A stretch of DNA of 64,000 nt from Candidatus Bathyarchaeota archaeon. GTDB taxonomy: Archaea > Thermoproteota > Bathyarchaeia > Bathyarchaeales > DTEX01. The notes under the pieces were generated by a model. That model searched no databases. It saw nothing but the letters and a program-made list of their open reading frames with translations, and was not told the origin of the DNA. This document shows positions 50,859 to 61,530 of this stretch, piece after piece. The DNA lies in NCBI GenBank assembly GCA_963714275.1, contig CAVQNT010000006.1:96001-160000 (forward strand). The letters run 5' to 3'. A program made the translations under genes and the position numbers. Position 1 is the stretch's first letter. Each line of letters opens with the position of its first letter.

Positions 50859-50965
50859 TGCGCCCCAAGATTGCAGAAATAATGCGCCACAAATCAGAAT
50901 AGGTCTTCACGGATTATGGATTGTCATGCACATGGAAAACTCGAATGTTACAAAAATCAGACCAG
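50859..50965 (+). repeat. Dispersed intergenic repeat, copy 3
   Basis: CGCCCCAA..TGCGC..CAGAATAGGTCTTCAC..GGAAAACTCGAATGTTACAAAAATCAGACC aligns with the reverse complement of 9421-9540. Confidence 0.8.
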
Positions 50966-51042
50966 ACAGGGACGCATGAAACCGCAGCTCCGCAATGAAC
51001 AAAAATGACAAGCAAACAAAATGAAACAGCAGCTGTATGTAC

Positions 51043-52179
51043 CTATGAAGGCACGTTTCTTCGGTATTTCCGGCTCAGCTTAACGAAAGCCAAAAAGTGG
51101 TTCTCACTCATCTCATAGGGCAAGCTCCCTTCGGAGCTAAGGATGAAGCCTCCTCCCGGACTGCCAATTCTGAGCCTGTCAACAATGTGCTGCCTAAGCT
51201 CCTTATTGTTCATGAAACCGATGTGCTTGCTTAAACCGCCTTGAAGGCAAAGATGGTCACCGAACAACTTCTTCAAAACTGCAAGGTCCATGTTGTCAGA
51301 CGGGCCAACGGGATTCAAAACGTCAAGCCCAGCCTCAACAAGCAAAGGAACAACGGCGTTAATGTTCCCGTGGCTGTGCATGTTCACGAAAGCCCCATAC
51401 CTGTGCGCTAGCTCAATGGCTTTTTTGTGCCAAGGAAAAATGAGCTTCTCGTAGAGCTCGGGATTCATGAAGGTCCCCTTATTGTAGCCCAAGTCGTCAA
51501 CCCAATTAATCATCATCGCACCCCGCTCCAAAAGGTTCCTCTCCGCCCGCAAATTAAACTCGCCAACCTTCTCAATTAGCTTCTCGAAAAGCCGTCTGTT
51601 AAAGTAAAGGTCCCTAAGAACAACGTAAAGTGGTCCACGCAGGAAATACCACACACCCGAAAAGAACCCGTTTATGCCACAGACAGGAAAGAACCCCCTC
51701 TCCACCACATATTTCATGGACTCCTCAAAACCCTCATACCTTCTAGAATCATCAGGGTCAGGCAGAACAAGCCCGCCTAAGTCATCCTCGCACTCAACAG
51801 GATACTTCACGTACTCTCTGACCCAAGTAGTCTTAGACGAGCCTACCCGCCAAACCGCACCAGTCTCCCACTCGTCCAAAAACCTTTCAGAATCAGCCTT
51901 CACCCTACTTTTGACCCTGAACCCTCCGCTTCCAACGCCTACAATGAAGGTGTCCAAAAACTCAGCCTCCTTCAAAGCTTCACGATACCAAGTAACCACC
52001 CTTTCAGGCGTTACAGACCTAGCTGCCTCAGAATCTCTCTTAACATCTAAGCCTCTTTTTTTCATGAGAGGCACAAATTTTGTTCTCGCCATCTCGTTCG
52101 TAAACTCAACAACCTGCGGCACAACGGACGGTTCCTCATGACGCAAAGCTGCTAACACGCATTCAAACCTGTTAACCAT
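51043..52179 (-). CDS. Uroporphyrinogen decarboxylase/cobamide methyltransferase (URO-D) family protein
   Basis: DDLGYNKGTFMNPE, HSHGN, GLDVLNP, LQGG, GGGFILS. Confidence 0.85.
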   Translation of the reverse strand: MVNRFECVLAALRHEEPSVVPQVVEFTNEMARTKFVPLMKKRGLDVKRDSEAARSVTPERVVTWYREALKEAEFLDTFIVGVGSGGFRVKSRVKADSERFLDEWETGAVWRVGSSKTTWVREYVKYPVECEDDLGGLVLPDPDDSRRYEGFEESMKYVVERGFFPVCGINGFFSGVWYFLRGPLYVVLRDLYFNRRLFEKLIEKVGEFNLRAERNLLERGAMMINWVDDLGYNKGTFMNPELYEKLIFPWHKKAIELAHRYGAFVNMHSHGNINAVVPLLVEAGLDVLNPVGPSDNMDLAVLKKLFGDHLCLQGGLSKHIGFMNNKELRQHIVDRLRIGSPGGGFILSSEGSLPYEMSENHFLAFVKLSRKYRRNVPS

Positions 52180-52489
52180 GAGACAGTTAACCATCCCTGC
52201 AACATAATTAAGGCATCTGAACATTGTAATGACCGTAATTGGAGCGAAAAAATTTAAAATTATCGATTCTTTTTTTAAGTGACACGCTTCTTCAGCTCAT
52301 TTTTTACTTATAATATAACTTTTAAGATACATTAAAGTTAACACCAATAACCATATTTATGCCCTCTTACCATATGACAAAGTAGTCATTACATATGCTC
52401 ATTTCACCTTTTTGGAAAACCTTATATTCACCGTAGGTTAACTAAAATCCAGCTTGTCGAATTTACATAAATGAAAGGAGAAAAAGAAC

Positions 52490-53596
52490 ATGCAAAGAAC
52501 CGTAACACAGGTTGTAAGTAAAACATCCGAAAAAACAATAGAAGAAATAGCCAGAGAATCAATCCCTCAAATATGCGTAATAGGCGCTGGAGGAGCAGGA
52601 TGCAACATCGTCTCATGGATGAAAGAAAAAGGAGTCGCAGGAGCAAGAATCTACGCGTTAAACACCGACGCCAAACACCTAGGCATAACCAGAGCTGACA
52701 GAAGAATCCTCATAGGATACCAGACATGCGGAGGACTCGGAACAGGCGGATTCACAGAACAAGGCACAAAAGCTGCAGAAGAAAGCGCAGGCGAAATCGA
52801 AAAAATCATCGCAGGTTCAGGCTTAGTCTTCATAACAGCAGGACTAGGCGGAGGAACAGGAACAGGCGCAGCACCAGTCATTGCCAGAATAGCAAAAGAA
52901 CTAGGAGTCTTAACCTTAGGCGTAGTCACCATTCCGTTTCAGGTTGAAAGAACCCGGATGGAGAAAGCAAAGGAAGGACTAAGCAGACTAGTGGAAGCAT
53001 GCGACGCAGTAGTCGTAATAGACAACTCAAAACTGAGAAAAATGGCTGGAGCATTACCGTTGTCAGAAGCATTCGCAGTAGCAAACGAGCTGATAGCCAA
53101 CTTCATCAAGAACATATCTGAAACCATTTCGATTCCAAGCCTTGTGAACTTAGATTTTGCCGACTTGAAAACAATCATGACAGGAGCCAAAATCTGCGCA
53201 ATCGGAATCGGCGAAGGGCAAGGAGACAATATGGTGGAAGAAGCTGTTGAAAAGGCATTGACTAACCAGCTCCTCGACATCGGCGACCTAAAGAAAAGTG
53301 AAGGCGGACTAGTCCACTTGGAAGGCGGAGATGACATGACATTGGAAGACGTCACAAGGGCAGGCGAAATCGTCATAAACCGAATGTCGCCAACCGCAAG
53401 AGTCTCTTGGGGAGCAAGAGTTAACAGCAAGCTAGAAGGTACAATGCGAGCGACAATAGTCCTAGGTGGAGTGCAAAGCCCATTCTTGGAAGCTGCCATT
53501 GCATCAGCAGCTTTAATACAACCCTCAGGTCCAGCGTTAGAAGCTGAAATCGTCAAAAAACCCGAACCCAAAAAGAAAGGGTTCTTTGGGTTCTAA
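52490..53596 (+). CDS. ftsZ: Cell division GTPase FtsZ
   Basis: GAGGAGCN, NTD, AGLGGGTGTG, T7 loop NLDFAD, WGAR. Confidence 0.93.
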   Translation: MQRTVTQVVSKTSEKTIEEIARESIPQICVIGAGGAGCNIVSWMKEKGVAGARIYALNTDAKHLGITRADRRILIGYQTCGGLGTGGFTEQGTKAAEESAGEIEKIIAGSGLVFITAGLGGGTGTGAAPVIARIAKELGVLTLGVVTIPFQVERTRMEKAKEGLSRLVEACDAVVVIDNSKLRKMAGALPLSEAFAVANELIANFIKNISETISIPSLVNLDFADLKTIMTGAKICAIGIGEGQGDNMVEEAVEKALTNQLLDIGDLKKSEGGLVHLEGGDDMTLEDVTRAGEIVINRMSPTARVSWGARVNSKLEGTMRATIVLGGVQSPFLEAAIASAALIQPSGPALEAEIVKKPEPKKKGFFGF

Positions 53597-53623
53597 ACAA
53601 GGACCAACCAAGGTACTTTGGAG

Positions 53624-53895
53624 ATGAATGATGTGTCTCCTGAAACAATCGTCTACTCCATCATAATCTTCGCAGTCTTCGCAGTGGCAATCATCCTCTA
53701 TATCGTAGCCAGAGCATTCAAATCGCCCAACATCTTCTACGCACCGGAAGAAGCAACCACAAGCCTAGCCTCACAGTAACCTGCCCCAAATGCCGCTCAC
53801 GAAAACTGAAGCCAACGGGCAGTTACACACTCGGTTGCGAGGTCTGCGGCTTCACCTTCAGCGTCGGCGTAGTAAGAAGAAGAGAAGTACAGTAA
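53624..53895 (+). CDS. Small membrane-anchored zinc-ribbon protein (about 90 aa; frameshift near 53740-53760; absent from the ORF track)
   Basis: ATG 53624 after GGAG gives MNDVSPETIVYSIIIFAVFAVAIILYIVARAFK; the -1 frame gives KPSLTVTCPKCRSRKLKPTGSYTLGCEVCGFTFSVGVVRRREVQ*. Confidence 0.7.
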
Positions 53896-54000
53896 AACAG
53901 TCGCCACAGACGAAACACTGGATGATGCTGAGAACAACCCTCAACATCCCCATACATTTTTTTAGCAAATTTTAGCTTTTAAAAGAAAAATATTTTGATA

Positions 54001-55371
54001 TTACAGTCCTCTGGTTTGCCTTTCTTTCATTGTTTTTTCAACAACCAATTCGACTTGTCTGACTGCAGTTCCCAGATAGTTTTCGGGATCAAGCGCCGCA
54101 TCAATCTCTTTTTTGTTAAGAAAGTGGCTTACAACCTTGTCTTTCAAAAGGACAGCTTTAAAAGGTGTTTTCTCGCCTTCGCTCTTTATTGCCAACTGGC
54201 GGACGAGTTCATGAGCTTCCTGCCTGTTCATCCCTTTCCCTGCCAAGGCTATCATGACAGCCTCCGACATTACCCGTCCATCCGTTAAGCCAAGGTTCTT
54301 TTTCATCCTTTCCTCGTCGACCTCTAGGTCGGACAGAACATTAACTATCAAAAATAGCATATAATCAACGAGAATACACGCCTCTGGAAGAACATACCTT
54401 TCAGACGACGATTGCGTCAAGTCCCTTTCCTGCCAAGTCGGAACGTTCTCTAAAGCTGGAACCACCAAGCCCCGCATGACCTTTGCCAATCCACAAACTC
54501 TTTCACAAAGCTCAGGGTTACGTTTATGAGGCATCGTTGAACTGCCAACCTGCTTCTTCTTCTCGAAAGGCTCAAAAACTTCCCCAATTTCGGTTCTCTG
54601 CAGTTCCCTTACTTCAGATGCAAACTTGTCCAAGCTGAGAAGCTATTAAGGCAAGCAAACAGACTAGTTCAGCATGCCTGTCTCTCTGAATTATTTGGGT
54701 AGAAACCTCTGCAGCTCTTATGTTAAGCCTCTTCATTACTAGGTCCTGAATTTCCGTGGCTTTTGACCCTAGACCTGCCTGGGTTCCCACTGCGCCGCTC
54801 ATCTTGCCAACCACTAGACGTTTTTCGCATTCGTTCAGCCTTTCAATGTGTCTGGAAACCTCTCTCATCCAAACAGACAATTTCAACCCGAACGTAATGG
54901 GTAAAGCGTGCTGTCCATGGGTTCTACCCATCATAATCGTGTTTTTGTAATGGTCAGCTGCTTTCAAGAGGATAAACTCAAACTCGTCTATCCTACTTTT
55001 TATTACCTTAATTGCTTCTTTCACTGAAGTGCCCTAGCAGTATCCACTATGTCGTAACTTGTTACCCCAAGGTGAATGTAAGCGCCGCTTGACCCACAAA
55101 CTTCTGCGAAGGCTTTGACAAGCGACATGACATCATGCTTAATCTCTTTCTCAATCTCCTTTACTCGGCTGAGCTTAACATGCTTTGTCGAGGCCAAATT
55201 AACGATTTTTTCCGCATCCTCACGGGGAATGTTCCCGACCTGCCCATGAGCCCAAGCCAGTGCTGCCTCAACGTCAAGCATTTTTTGAACGAAACTTTCC
55301 TCCTCGAAAATATGAAGCATCTCCGACGTTACATGACGACCTGTATCTATCGGAAGGATGGGCAACCACAT
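54001..55371 (-). CDS. purB: Adenylosuccinate lyase; two frameshifts
   Basis: HDVM, HLGVTSYDI, GRTHGQHA, KMSGAVGT, GSSTMPHKRNP. Confidence 0.95.
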
Positions 55372-55465
55372 CGCCTCAAGATTAACTATTTCCGAAGCGG
55401 TAAATAAATATCTTCCATTTCATATTTGACCATTAAACATCCTGTTGATAGAATTTTGACAACAA

Positions 55466-56551
55466 GTGCCTTTGAGGAAAGAAATGATGAAAAAAACGGC
55501 GATAGTCTATTCACCCAAATTTCTGAACCACCAAACAGATCGCGGTCATCCAGAGTCTCCAAGAAGGCTGCAGACCATAATTGAAGGAATCAAACAAAGT
55601 CGGTTACTGGAACACGGAAATTGCACGTTCATCAGTCCCAAACCAGCGAGTCTCGAAAATCTGAAAATGGTTCACAATTCAAAATACATAAGACACGTCA
55701 AACATCTTTGCGAATCAGGCGGCGGCATACTTGACGAGGAAACCGAAACAATGGTTTCAAGACAGAGCTTCGAGGTTGCCCGACTTGCAGCTGGCGGAAC
55801 AATAGAGGCTGTAAACAAAGTTATGGCTGGCGAATTCAGTAACGCGTTTGTTCTCGCTAGACCACCTGGGCATCACGCTGGTCCCAGTTACGGCATGGGA
55901 TTCTGCGTTTTCAATAATGTCGCTGCAGCTGCAGATTACTTGGTTAGAAACTTCGGTCTTAGCCGAGTCCTGATTTTGGATATAGATTCGCATCATGGGA
56001 ATGGAACTCAGGAAATCTTCTATGGCACCAAAAAAATTCTTTATTTAAGTCTCCACGAAGACCCAACCGAATTTCCAGAATCAGGATTCATGGACGAAAT
56101 TGGCGAAGGGCAAGGACTCGGTTACACTGTCAACATTCCTTTCCCGTTTGGCACAGGAGATGCGGTGTACTGGAAAGCCATAAAAACCGTTGTGTTACCG
56201 ATCATGAGCCAGTTTAAACCCCAGTTTGTTTTAGTGTCCGCTGGATTCGACGGTCACTTCAGAGATATTGTCGGCGAGTTGTCATTATCTTCCCAAATAT
56301 ACCCAATGATTTTTCAGGCAGTCCTTGACTTTGTAAGAAAAATGTGCAAAGGTAGGGTGGTAGCTATGTTAGAAGGCGGCTACTGTCTCAGCGTTCTCAG
56401 AAAGGTTGTTCCAGTTGTAATCAGTCAGATGGCTGGTCAAAGAATCATGCTGCGTGGGAGAACTCCTCCTTTGGACTTAAATGTGCAAAAACAGGCAGAA
56501 AAAAGTCTTAAAGCTGTGAAAAGAATTCAGTCTGGTTTCTGGACCCTTTAG
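55466..56551 (+). CDS. Histone deacetylase family protein
   Basis: HPESPRR, RPPGHHA, GFCVFNN, DIDSHHGNGTQ, SAGFD, LEGGY. Confidence 0.93.
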   Translation: MPLRKEMMKKTAIVYSPKFLNHQTDRGHPESPRRLQTIIEGIKQSRLLEHGNCTFISPKPASLENLKMVHNSKYIRHVKHLCESGGGILDEETETMVSRQSFEVARLAAGGTIEAVNKVMAGEFSNAFVLARPPGHHAGPSYGMGFCVFNNVAAAADYLVRNFGLSRVLILDIDSHHGNGTQEIFYGTKKILYLSLHEDPTEFPESGFMDEIGEGQGLGYTVNIPFPFGTGDAVYWKAIKTVVLPIMSQFKPQFVLVSAGFDGHFRDIVGELSLSSQIYPMIFQAVLDFVRKMCKGRVVAMLEGGYCLSVLRKVVPVVISQMAGQRIMLRGRTPPLDLNVQKQAEKSLKAVKRIQSGFWTL

Positions 56552-56580
56552 CCTAATTTGGATGTGTTGCCTGTCTTTTT

Positions 56581-56763
56581 TTACTCAATGACCTCAATGG
56601 CGTTTTCTGGACATTGGGTTTCACAAGCTCTGCAGACAAGGCATTCATCAACATTAACTGCGGATGTTTTGCTGTCTTTAAGTTCATATACGCCAACTGG
56701 GCACACGTCGACGCATGTTCCGCAACCAGTGCACTTGTCCAAGTTAATTTTGATTTTGACCAA
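56581..56763 (-). CDS. 2x[4Fe-4S] ferredoxin
   Basis: CTGCGTCVDVCP and CLVCRACETQCP. Confidence 0.9.
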   Translation of the reverse strand: MVKIKINLDKCTGCGTCVDVCPVGVYELKDSKTSAVNVDECLVCRACETQCPENAIEVIE

Positions 56764-56928
56764 CTGCAGTTCACCTTTTGAAATTCTAATGACATGGCTC
56801 TCTGTTGAATAAAAGCTTTTTGGGATAGCTGAGTAAGGGTTTTATTATTGATTTGACAGTCGTTCCTCACTGCTTTATAGACATCAGAACATTTCAGAAT
56901 CGAGTCTAATTCGGACCATAAAAAGTCT

Positions 56929-58189
56929 TTAATGAATCTCTTCTTTAAGTCTTAGAAGCGTTTCCTCTATCGTGTTTTCCGCACGTTCCTTCATTCGATT
57001 GTATTCATCCAGCATTTTCCGGCGGGCTTCAGCAGTGATTTCTTTGCGGAGGAATCTTGCTTCCGCCCTTTCTATGTCATTTTTTAAGGTCTCTATCTCA
57101 TCTTCTGCTTTTTTGAGATGTTTCATCCGTTCCAGGTATTGTTCACTGGCAGCTGCAATTTTGTTACTCAGTTGCGACAGATCTTTATCAAGCCTTGAAA
57201 TGTGGTCGTCTACAGAGACTTTTCCTCAGTCTGTATTTGCGTCTGGAAAGTTTCCCTTTTTCGATTTGGTCTTCCATTGATTCTAACTCTGACCTTAACC
57301 TTCTCCGTTCCTCGTATCGATTAACAAAGTCTCTGAGGAGACTGGAAGAAAAGGGAACCTTAGCGACAACTGCGGCTGACGTTTTAAACAATTTTCGAGT
57401 AAAGAACACCGCACCAAAAAAAGCAACTGCGATTCCAGTCCAGAGAGCCGGTCTGAAAACTGCCCAAAGGATAAAGAACTGATACTGCAAAGTAATGGTC
57501 GATTCATTTATCTGCGTGAAATTGGCTTCCGCATATTCGACGCTTACCGAGAAGCCAGATTTCTGAACCAGAGAAGGTGTTTTCGAGGATGTTTGGTATT
57601 CTGCTCCTTCAGGCAGGGAAACCACAAGCGTGAACTGATTTACGAACCAGTCAGCGGGCTTGTTTAAGCTGATGTTTAACGTGCAGTCTTGCCACCCATT
57701 TTGTGTAATGTAAATGTTGGATGGAAGGTTGTATGCGACGAGAAGATTCGTTTTATGTTGTGAACTCAGGGTGTCTCTAAGATATATCCTGACAGCCACG
57801 TATGTTTCAGACTTCGTGATAGTTAAACTAGTCTGTTCGTATGTTCCAAAAATGTCTTGAGCGGTTATTGCTGAGGCGTTTAAGGGTAAGTAGAAACTGG
57901 CAATGCGTATACTTTCATTGGAATTGTTGATTACTACACATTTATCAGTGACCGAGATTCCTCCCCAAGCATCAATTTTCATGTCTCTCCTCCAATCATC
58001 AATAACGTAAGTATAATTCACTGTGGACGAGTCGTTTTCCCCGATTCCTCCAACATTGGATGCTTGGACATCCAGATAGGATTCTGCGTTAGCAGCCTTA
58101 ATATATACGGTTCCTAAGCACAAGACAAGAATTATTAACAATCCCTCTATCCTAAACAGCGAACGTCGCGTTAGCGGTCTTTTGCTCAA
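56929..58189 (-). CDS. Type I membrane protein, possibly ribophorin I-like; frameshift near 57215
   Basis: Signal peptide, beta-sandwich ectodomain (WRRDMKIDAWG..LVVSLPEGA), single TM, cytoplasmic helical/coiled-coil tail. Confidence 0.5.
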
Positions 58190-58455
58190 TCTTTTCTCAA
58201 CCTCGAATTAGGGAAGCCACGGTCTATTTTTAGAGGAAATATGTTAGTTTATTGTCTTTTAAGTTTATGTATTTTTGAATCCAATGTGCTACTTTTAGTT
58301 TAAATGTTGAGTCCAATTTTAGTTTTTAAAAGGATTTCCATATTTCTATTGCACAAAACAATATAATTTTTAGTTGTATTACGACAAGTTCGTAAAAAGA
58401 TAGACCACATCGTTAATAATAAATGAATTAATGAATTTTACTGTTCAGAAAATTT

Positions 58456-58818
58456 CTATTCTTTTTTATTATTTTTCGATTCTGCCTGTCTTATGTAATA
58501 GTTTTCCCCCTTCTTTGCCCCGAAGCTTCTTACGCCTTTTTCTTTTAGCTGTTTCTTCAGCTTTGCTGCGTGGTTACTTGAAATCTCGCCCTTCTTTTCC
58601 AAGTAGTTGATGACTTCTATGGCTTGTTTTTCGTTGTCGCATCTTCTCAGAAAATCGATGACGTCAGGCTCGTAACCTTCCAACGTGTTGGAGGCTGCTT
58701 TCTCTCCGCTTTCGGGGTCTGAACGAACTGATTTCATCGTTAAACGGTTCTTTTCGTCAGTCATCTCTTCCGTCAGATGAGGAAACATCCTCTTGAATCG
58801 TTCTTTGTCCATGTTCAT
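58456..58818 (-). CDS. DUF2095 family protein
   Basis: FKRMFPHL, GYEPDVIDFLRRC, GEIS, GVRSFG. Confidence 0.85.
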   Translation of the reverse strand: MNMDKERFKRMFPHLTEEMTDEKNRLTMKSVRSDPESGEKAASNTLEGYEPDVIDFLRRCDNEKQAIEVINYLEKKGEISSNHAAKLKKQLKEKGVRSFGAKKGENYYIRQAESKNNKKE

Positions 58819-58888
58819 CTTTTTCGCCTTACTTTCACGAAGCTCTATAATTTCCTTCTTAATATCTTAAACGGTGTATGCGTCGAGA

Positions 58889-60466
58889 CTATACAAAACT
58901 TTTAAAACTCTCAGCCTCTTTAACAATGTCTCTTTTGTCCAGACCAACATTAATATTGTCCCAAGGTAAAGGCTCATCAAAATTCTTCTCTCGCAGGTAA
59001 CTTTCTATTTTTATTCCGGTTTCTTTCATGGCTCGTCGCCAAGCTCCTAATCCTCCACCATAAACAGCAGCAAGCTCAACTGTGTTACCAATCTCTCTAC
59101 CACCTCGGCTCAGGAAGGCTTGAATTTGAGCGTGACGAGGGTCAATGCCTTCAGTCACAAACCTTCTGTCGCCTTTAAACAGTTTCCTCAGCAGGTTCAG
59201 CTTCTCCCTTATGTTTGGCACGGACGCCATTTTTTCCCACTGAAACGGCGTGTGAGGTTTGGGAACCAACGGATTTACGCTGAGGTGAACAGATTTTGAC
59301 CCGTATCCTGCTTCTGCGATTCTTTTGGAAAGGTCCGTTATTGCCTTGACATCTTCCATGTTTTCTCCAGGTAGTCCAACCATGAAGTACAATTTTAGAC
59401 GGTTAACCCCCTGACTGAGAAGAACCTCAGCGGCATTAACCAAGGCGTCCATATCCATGTGTTTGCACGAAACATCAAGCATCCTGAGCGAAGCCGCATC
59501 AGGCGCCATTGAGACACTTTTTTGTTTTCCCTTGGCAAGCAGGTCAGCTAATTTTTCGGTGACGCTTTCAGGTCTTATTGAAGGAATTGACAGTTCGAAC
59601 CCGTGGGAAACAATGAATTCGCAGACGTCTTCAAGCCGTGAGTAATCGAATACGCTGGCGCCGATGAGCGAAACCTTGCCCACCGGGGTCAATTTTGTTC
59701 CTTCATCAATTATTTCCTCAACTTTCGCAAAGTTCCTTTCGCGTCTTGGATGGCTGATGTGCTTTAGGAGACAGAATCGGCATTGTCGACTGCAACCTCT
59801 GGTCTCTTCCACGGTGAACGTTTTGCCAAAAATTGTCATGTATGGGCTGTGGTCGTCAACGATTGGAACTTGCTGTGCTACTGGATGAAATGTTTCATTG
59901 AGGTTGTGGGTCCAAACTCTCTCTGTCGGATTCGAAATTTGAGAAACATACACGCCTTCTATGTCAGCGAACGCCTTTATGCGCCCTCGGTCTCCTTTAT
60001 AGGCTTTTAACTGGTCAACCATTTCATCTAGTATGGGCTCAACCTCTCCTATGACAAAAAAGTCAATGAAGTCAGACATAGGCTCGGGATTAGCTGTCGC
60101 GCATGGACCGCCAGCGACTACAATTGGGTCTCCGTTTTTTCTGTCTTCTCTTCTCGGCGGAACACCTGACCTTAATAGCATCTGAACGATGTTAGTGTAG
60201 TCCTCTTCGTATTGAAGGGTGAAGGCGACAACATCAAACTTCTTCAAAGGCTGGTTGGATTCAAGGCTTGTCCAAGGCTCTTTCAACGTAGGAATGAAGA
60301 ACCGTTCGCAGAGGACATCGTCACGCATGTTGAACAACGTATAAATCAGCTTAATCGTTAATCCGCTCATTCCAGCCCGGTAAACGTTAGGATAGCACAA
60401 CCCGATTTTGAGGTCTACTTTTCTCCAGTCCTTCTTTATGACGTTAAGCTCAGGCACAACAGTCAA
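58889..60466 (-). CDS. B12-binding-domain radical SAM protein
   Basis: YPNVYRAGMS, AGGPCATANPEP, ETRGCSRQCRFC, KLYFMVGLP, PKPHTPFQW. Confidence 0.88.
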   Translation of the reverse strand: MTVVPELNVIKKDWRKVDLKIGLCYPNVYRAGMSGLTIKLIYTLFNMRDDVLCERFFIPTLKEPWTSLESNQPLKKFDVVAFTLQYEEDYTNIVQMLLRSGVPPRREDRKNGDPIVVAGGPCATANPEPMSDFIDFFVIGEVEPILDEMVDQLKAYKGDRGRIKAFADIEGVYVSQISNPTERVWTHNLNETFHPVAQQVPIVDDHSPYMTIFGKTFTVEETRGCSRQCRFCLLKHISHPRRERNFAKVEEIIDEGTKLTPVGKVSLIGASVFDYSRLEDVCEFIVSHGFELSIPSIRPESVTEKLADLLAKGKQKSVSMAPDAASLRMLDVSCKHMDMDALVNAAEVLLSQGVNRLKLYFMVGLPGENMEDVKAITDLSKRIAEAGYGSKSVHLSVNPLVPKPHTPFQWEKMASVPNIREKLNLLRKLFKGDRRFVTEGIDPRHAQIQAFLSRGGREIGNTVELAAVYGGGLGAWRRAMKETGIKIESYLREKNFDEPLPWDNINVGLDKRDIVKEAESFKSFV

Positions 60467-60763
60467 TCTAAAGCACTGTCCGAACCAATCAAGAAAAACA
60501 AACCGTAGCCATTAAGTCTAACTGAAAATAAGATGAAAAGAATGGTTTTATTGAACCTTAGAACCTCATAGGGGATATTTTTTTATGAATGAATCTTTGC
60601 TTAGGAACCCTTGATGCTGAGTAAGACCCAAGTCATTAACTACATCATCGTTTATTTCGCATCAAATAATTTGGGCTTTAAGGTCAAGGTCTCATATAAC
60701 AATTTCAGCATAATCGCATGAAGTGGACCATGCAAATGTGTGAAAAGTTACCTTTAAATTCTT

Positions 60764-61390
60764 TTAACTAGCTGTTTCAGCGACCACTTCAGGCGTTGCT
60801 TCGACCTCGGCTGTCGGTCTTGAAATAAGTTTTGTTTTCCTTATGCCCACATGGCGTAATGGCGATATTTTCTTTGCTTCATTGTAAATGTCAGAGGCAA
60901 TTTTGCCTAAGACAATTTCCTGTACAACCTGATCGAACGTAAGTGAGGCTGTCTTGGCCTCAATTATTTTGTGCATGATTGCGCGTATCTCTTTTTCCTG
61001 AGATGTTCTTATTCTCGTAAGAGTGAAGGCGCATGCTGAAACTCTCATTTTGTAACCGTCTTTTGTGGTGACAGCAACGATGCGGTCAATTCTGGTGGTC
61101 CTTCTTCTAACAAGGCTTCTCAGATAGTCCCTCGAATATTCATGTCCTTTGAATATGGTTAAAGCCCGTCTTCCATCTATACCGATTACCTGGAAATACA
61201 TTTTCAGGTACTGGTGGGCGAAATCCTCAGTTATGTCGTAAAGGGTGGATTCAACAGTCCTTCCAATGATGTTTTCAATCTCATCAGTAGGTATGGACCC
61301 GATTTCGACGCCTCCGAAATATCCCGGAGCAACCACACTGTACCATTTCTTACTGCGCCACTTGTCTTTGACGCGGCCTGGTTTTGACAC
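60764..61390 (-). CDS. rps3ae: 30S ribosomal protein S3Ae
   Basis: KDKWRSKKWY, GHEYSRDYLRSLVRR, TKDGY, KKISPLR. Confidence 0.95.
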   Translation of the reverse strand: MSKPGRVKDKWRSKKWYSVVAPGYFGGVEIGSIPTDEIENIIGRTVESTLYDITEDFAHQYLKMYFQVIGIDGRRALTIFKGHEYSRDYLRSLVRRRTTRIDRIVAVTTKDGYKMRVSACAFTLTRIRTSQEKEIRAIMHKIIEAKTASLTFDQVVQEIVLGKIASDIYNEAKKISPLRHVGIRKTKLISRPTAEVEATPEVVAETAS

Positions 61391-61530
61391 TCCGAAACAC
61401 CACTAATGATTCATGTTATTGAAAAAAATGAAGTATTAAAAGGTTTAGTGACCTGAAACAAATGCCTTTGCTACTGTATGTTTATATTTTTGCCAATTGA
61501 TTTAATTTAGGAATATTTGGAGTCCTCAGC

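Noticed and set aside
53790-53975. ORF-track 61-aa ORF
   Set aside because: Shadow of the zinc-ribbon frame; no recognisable features
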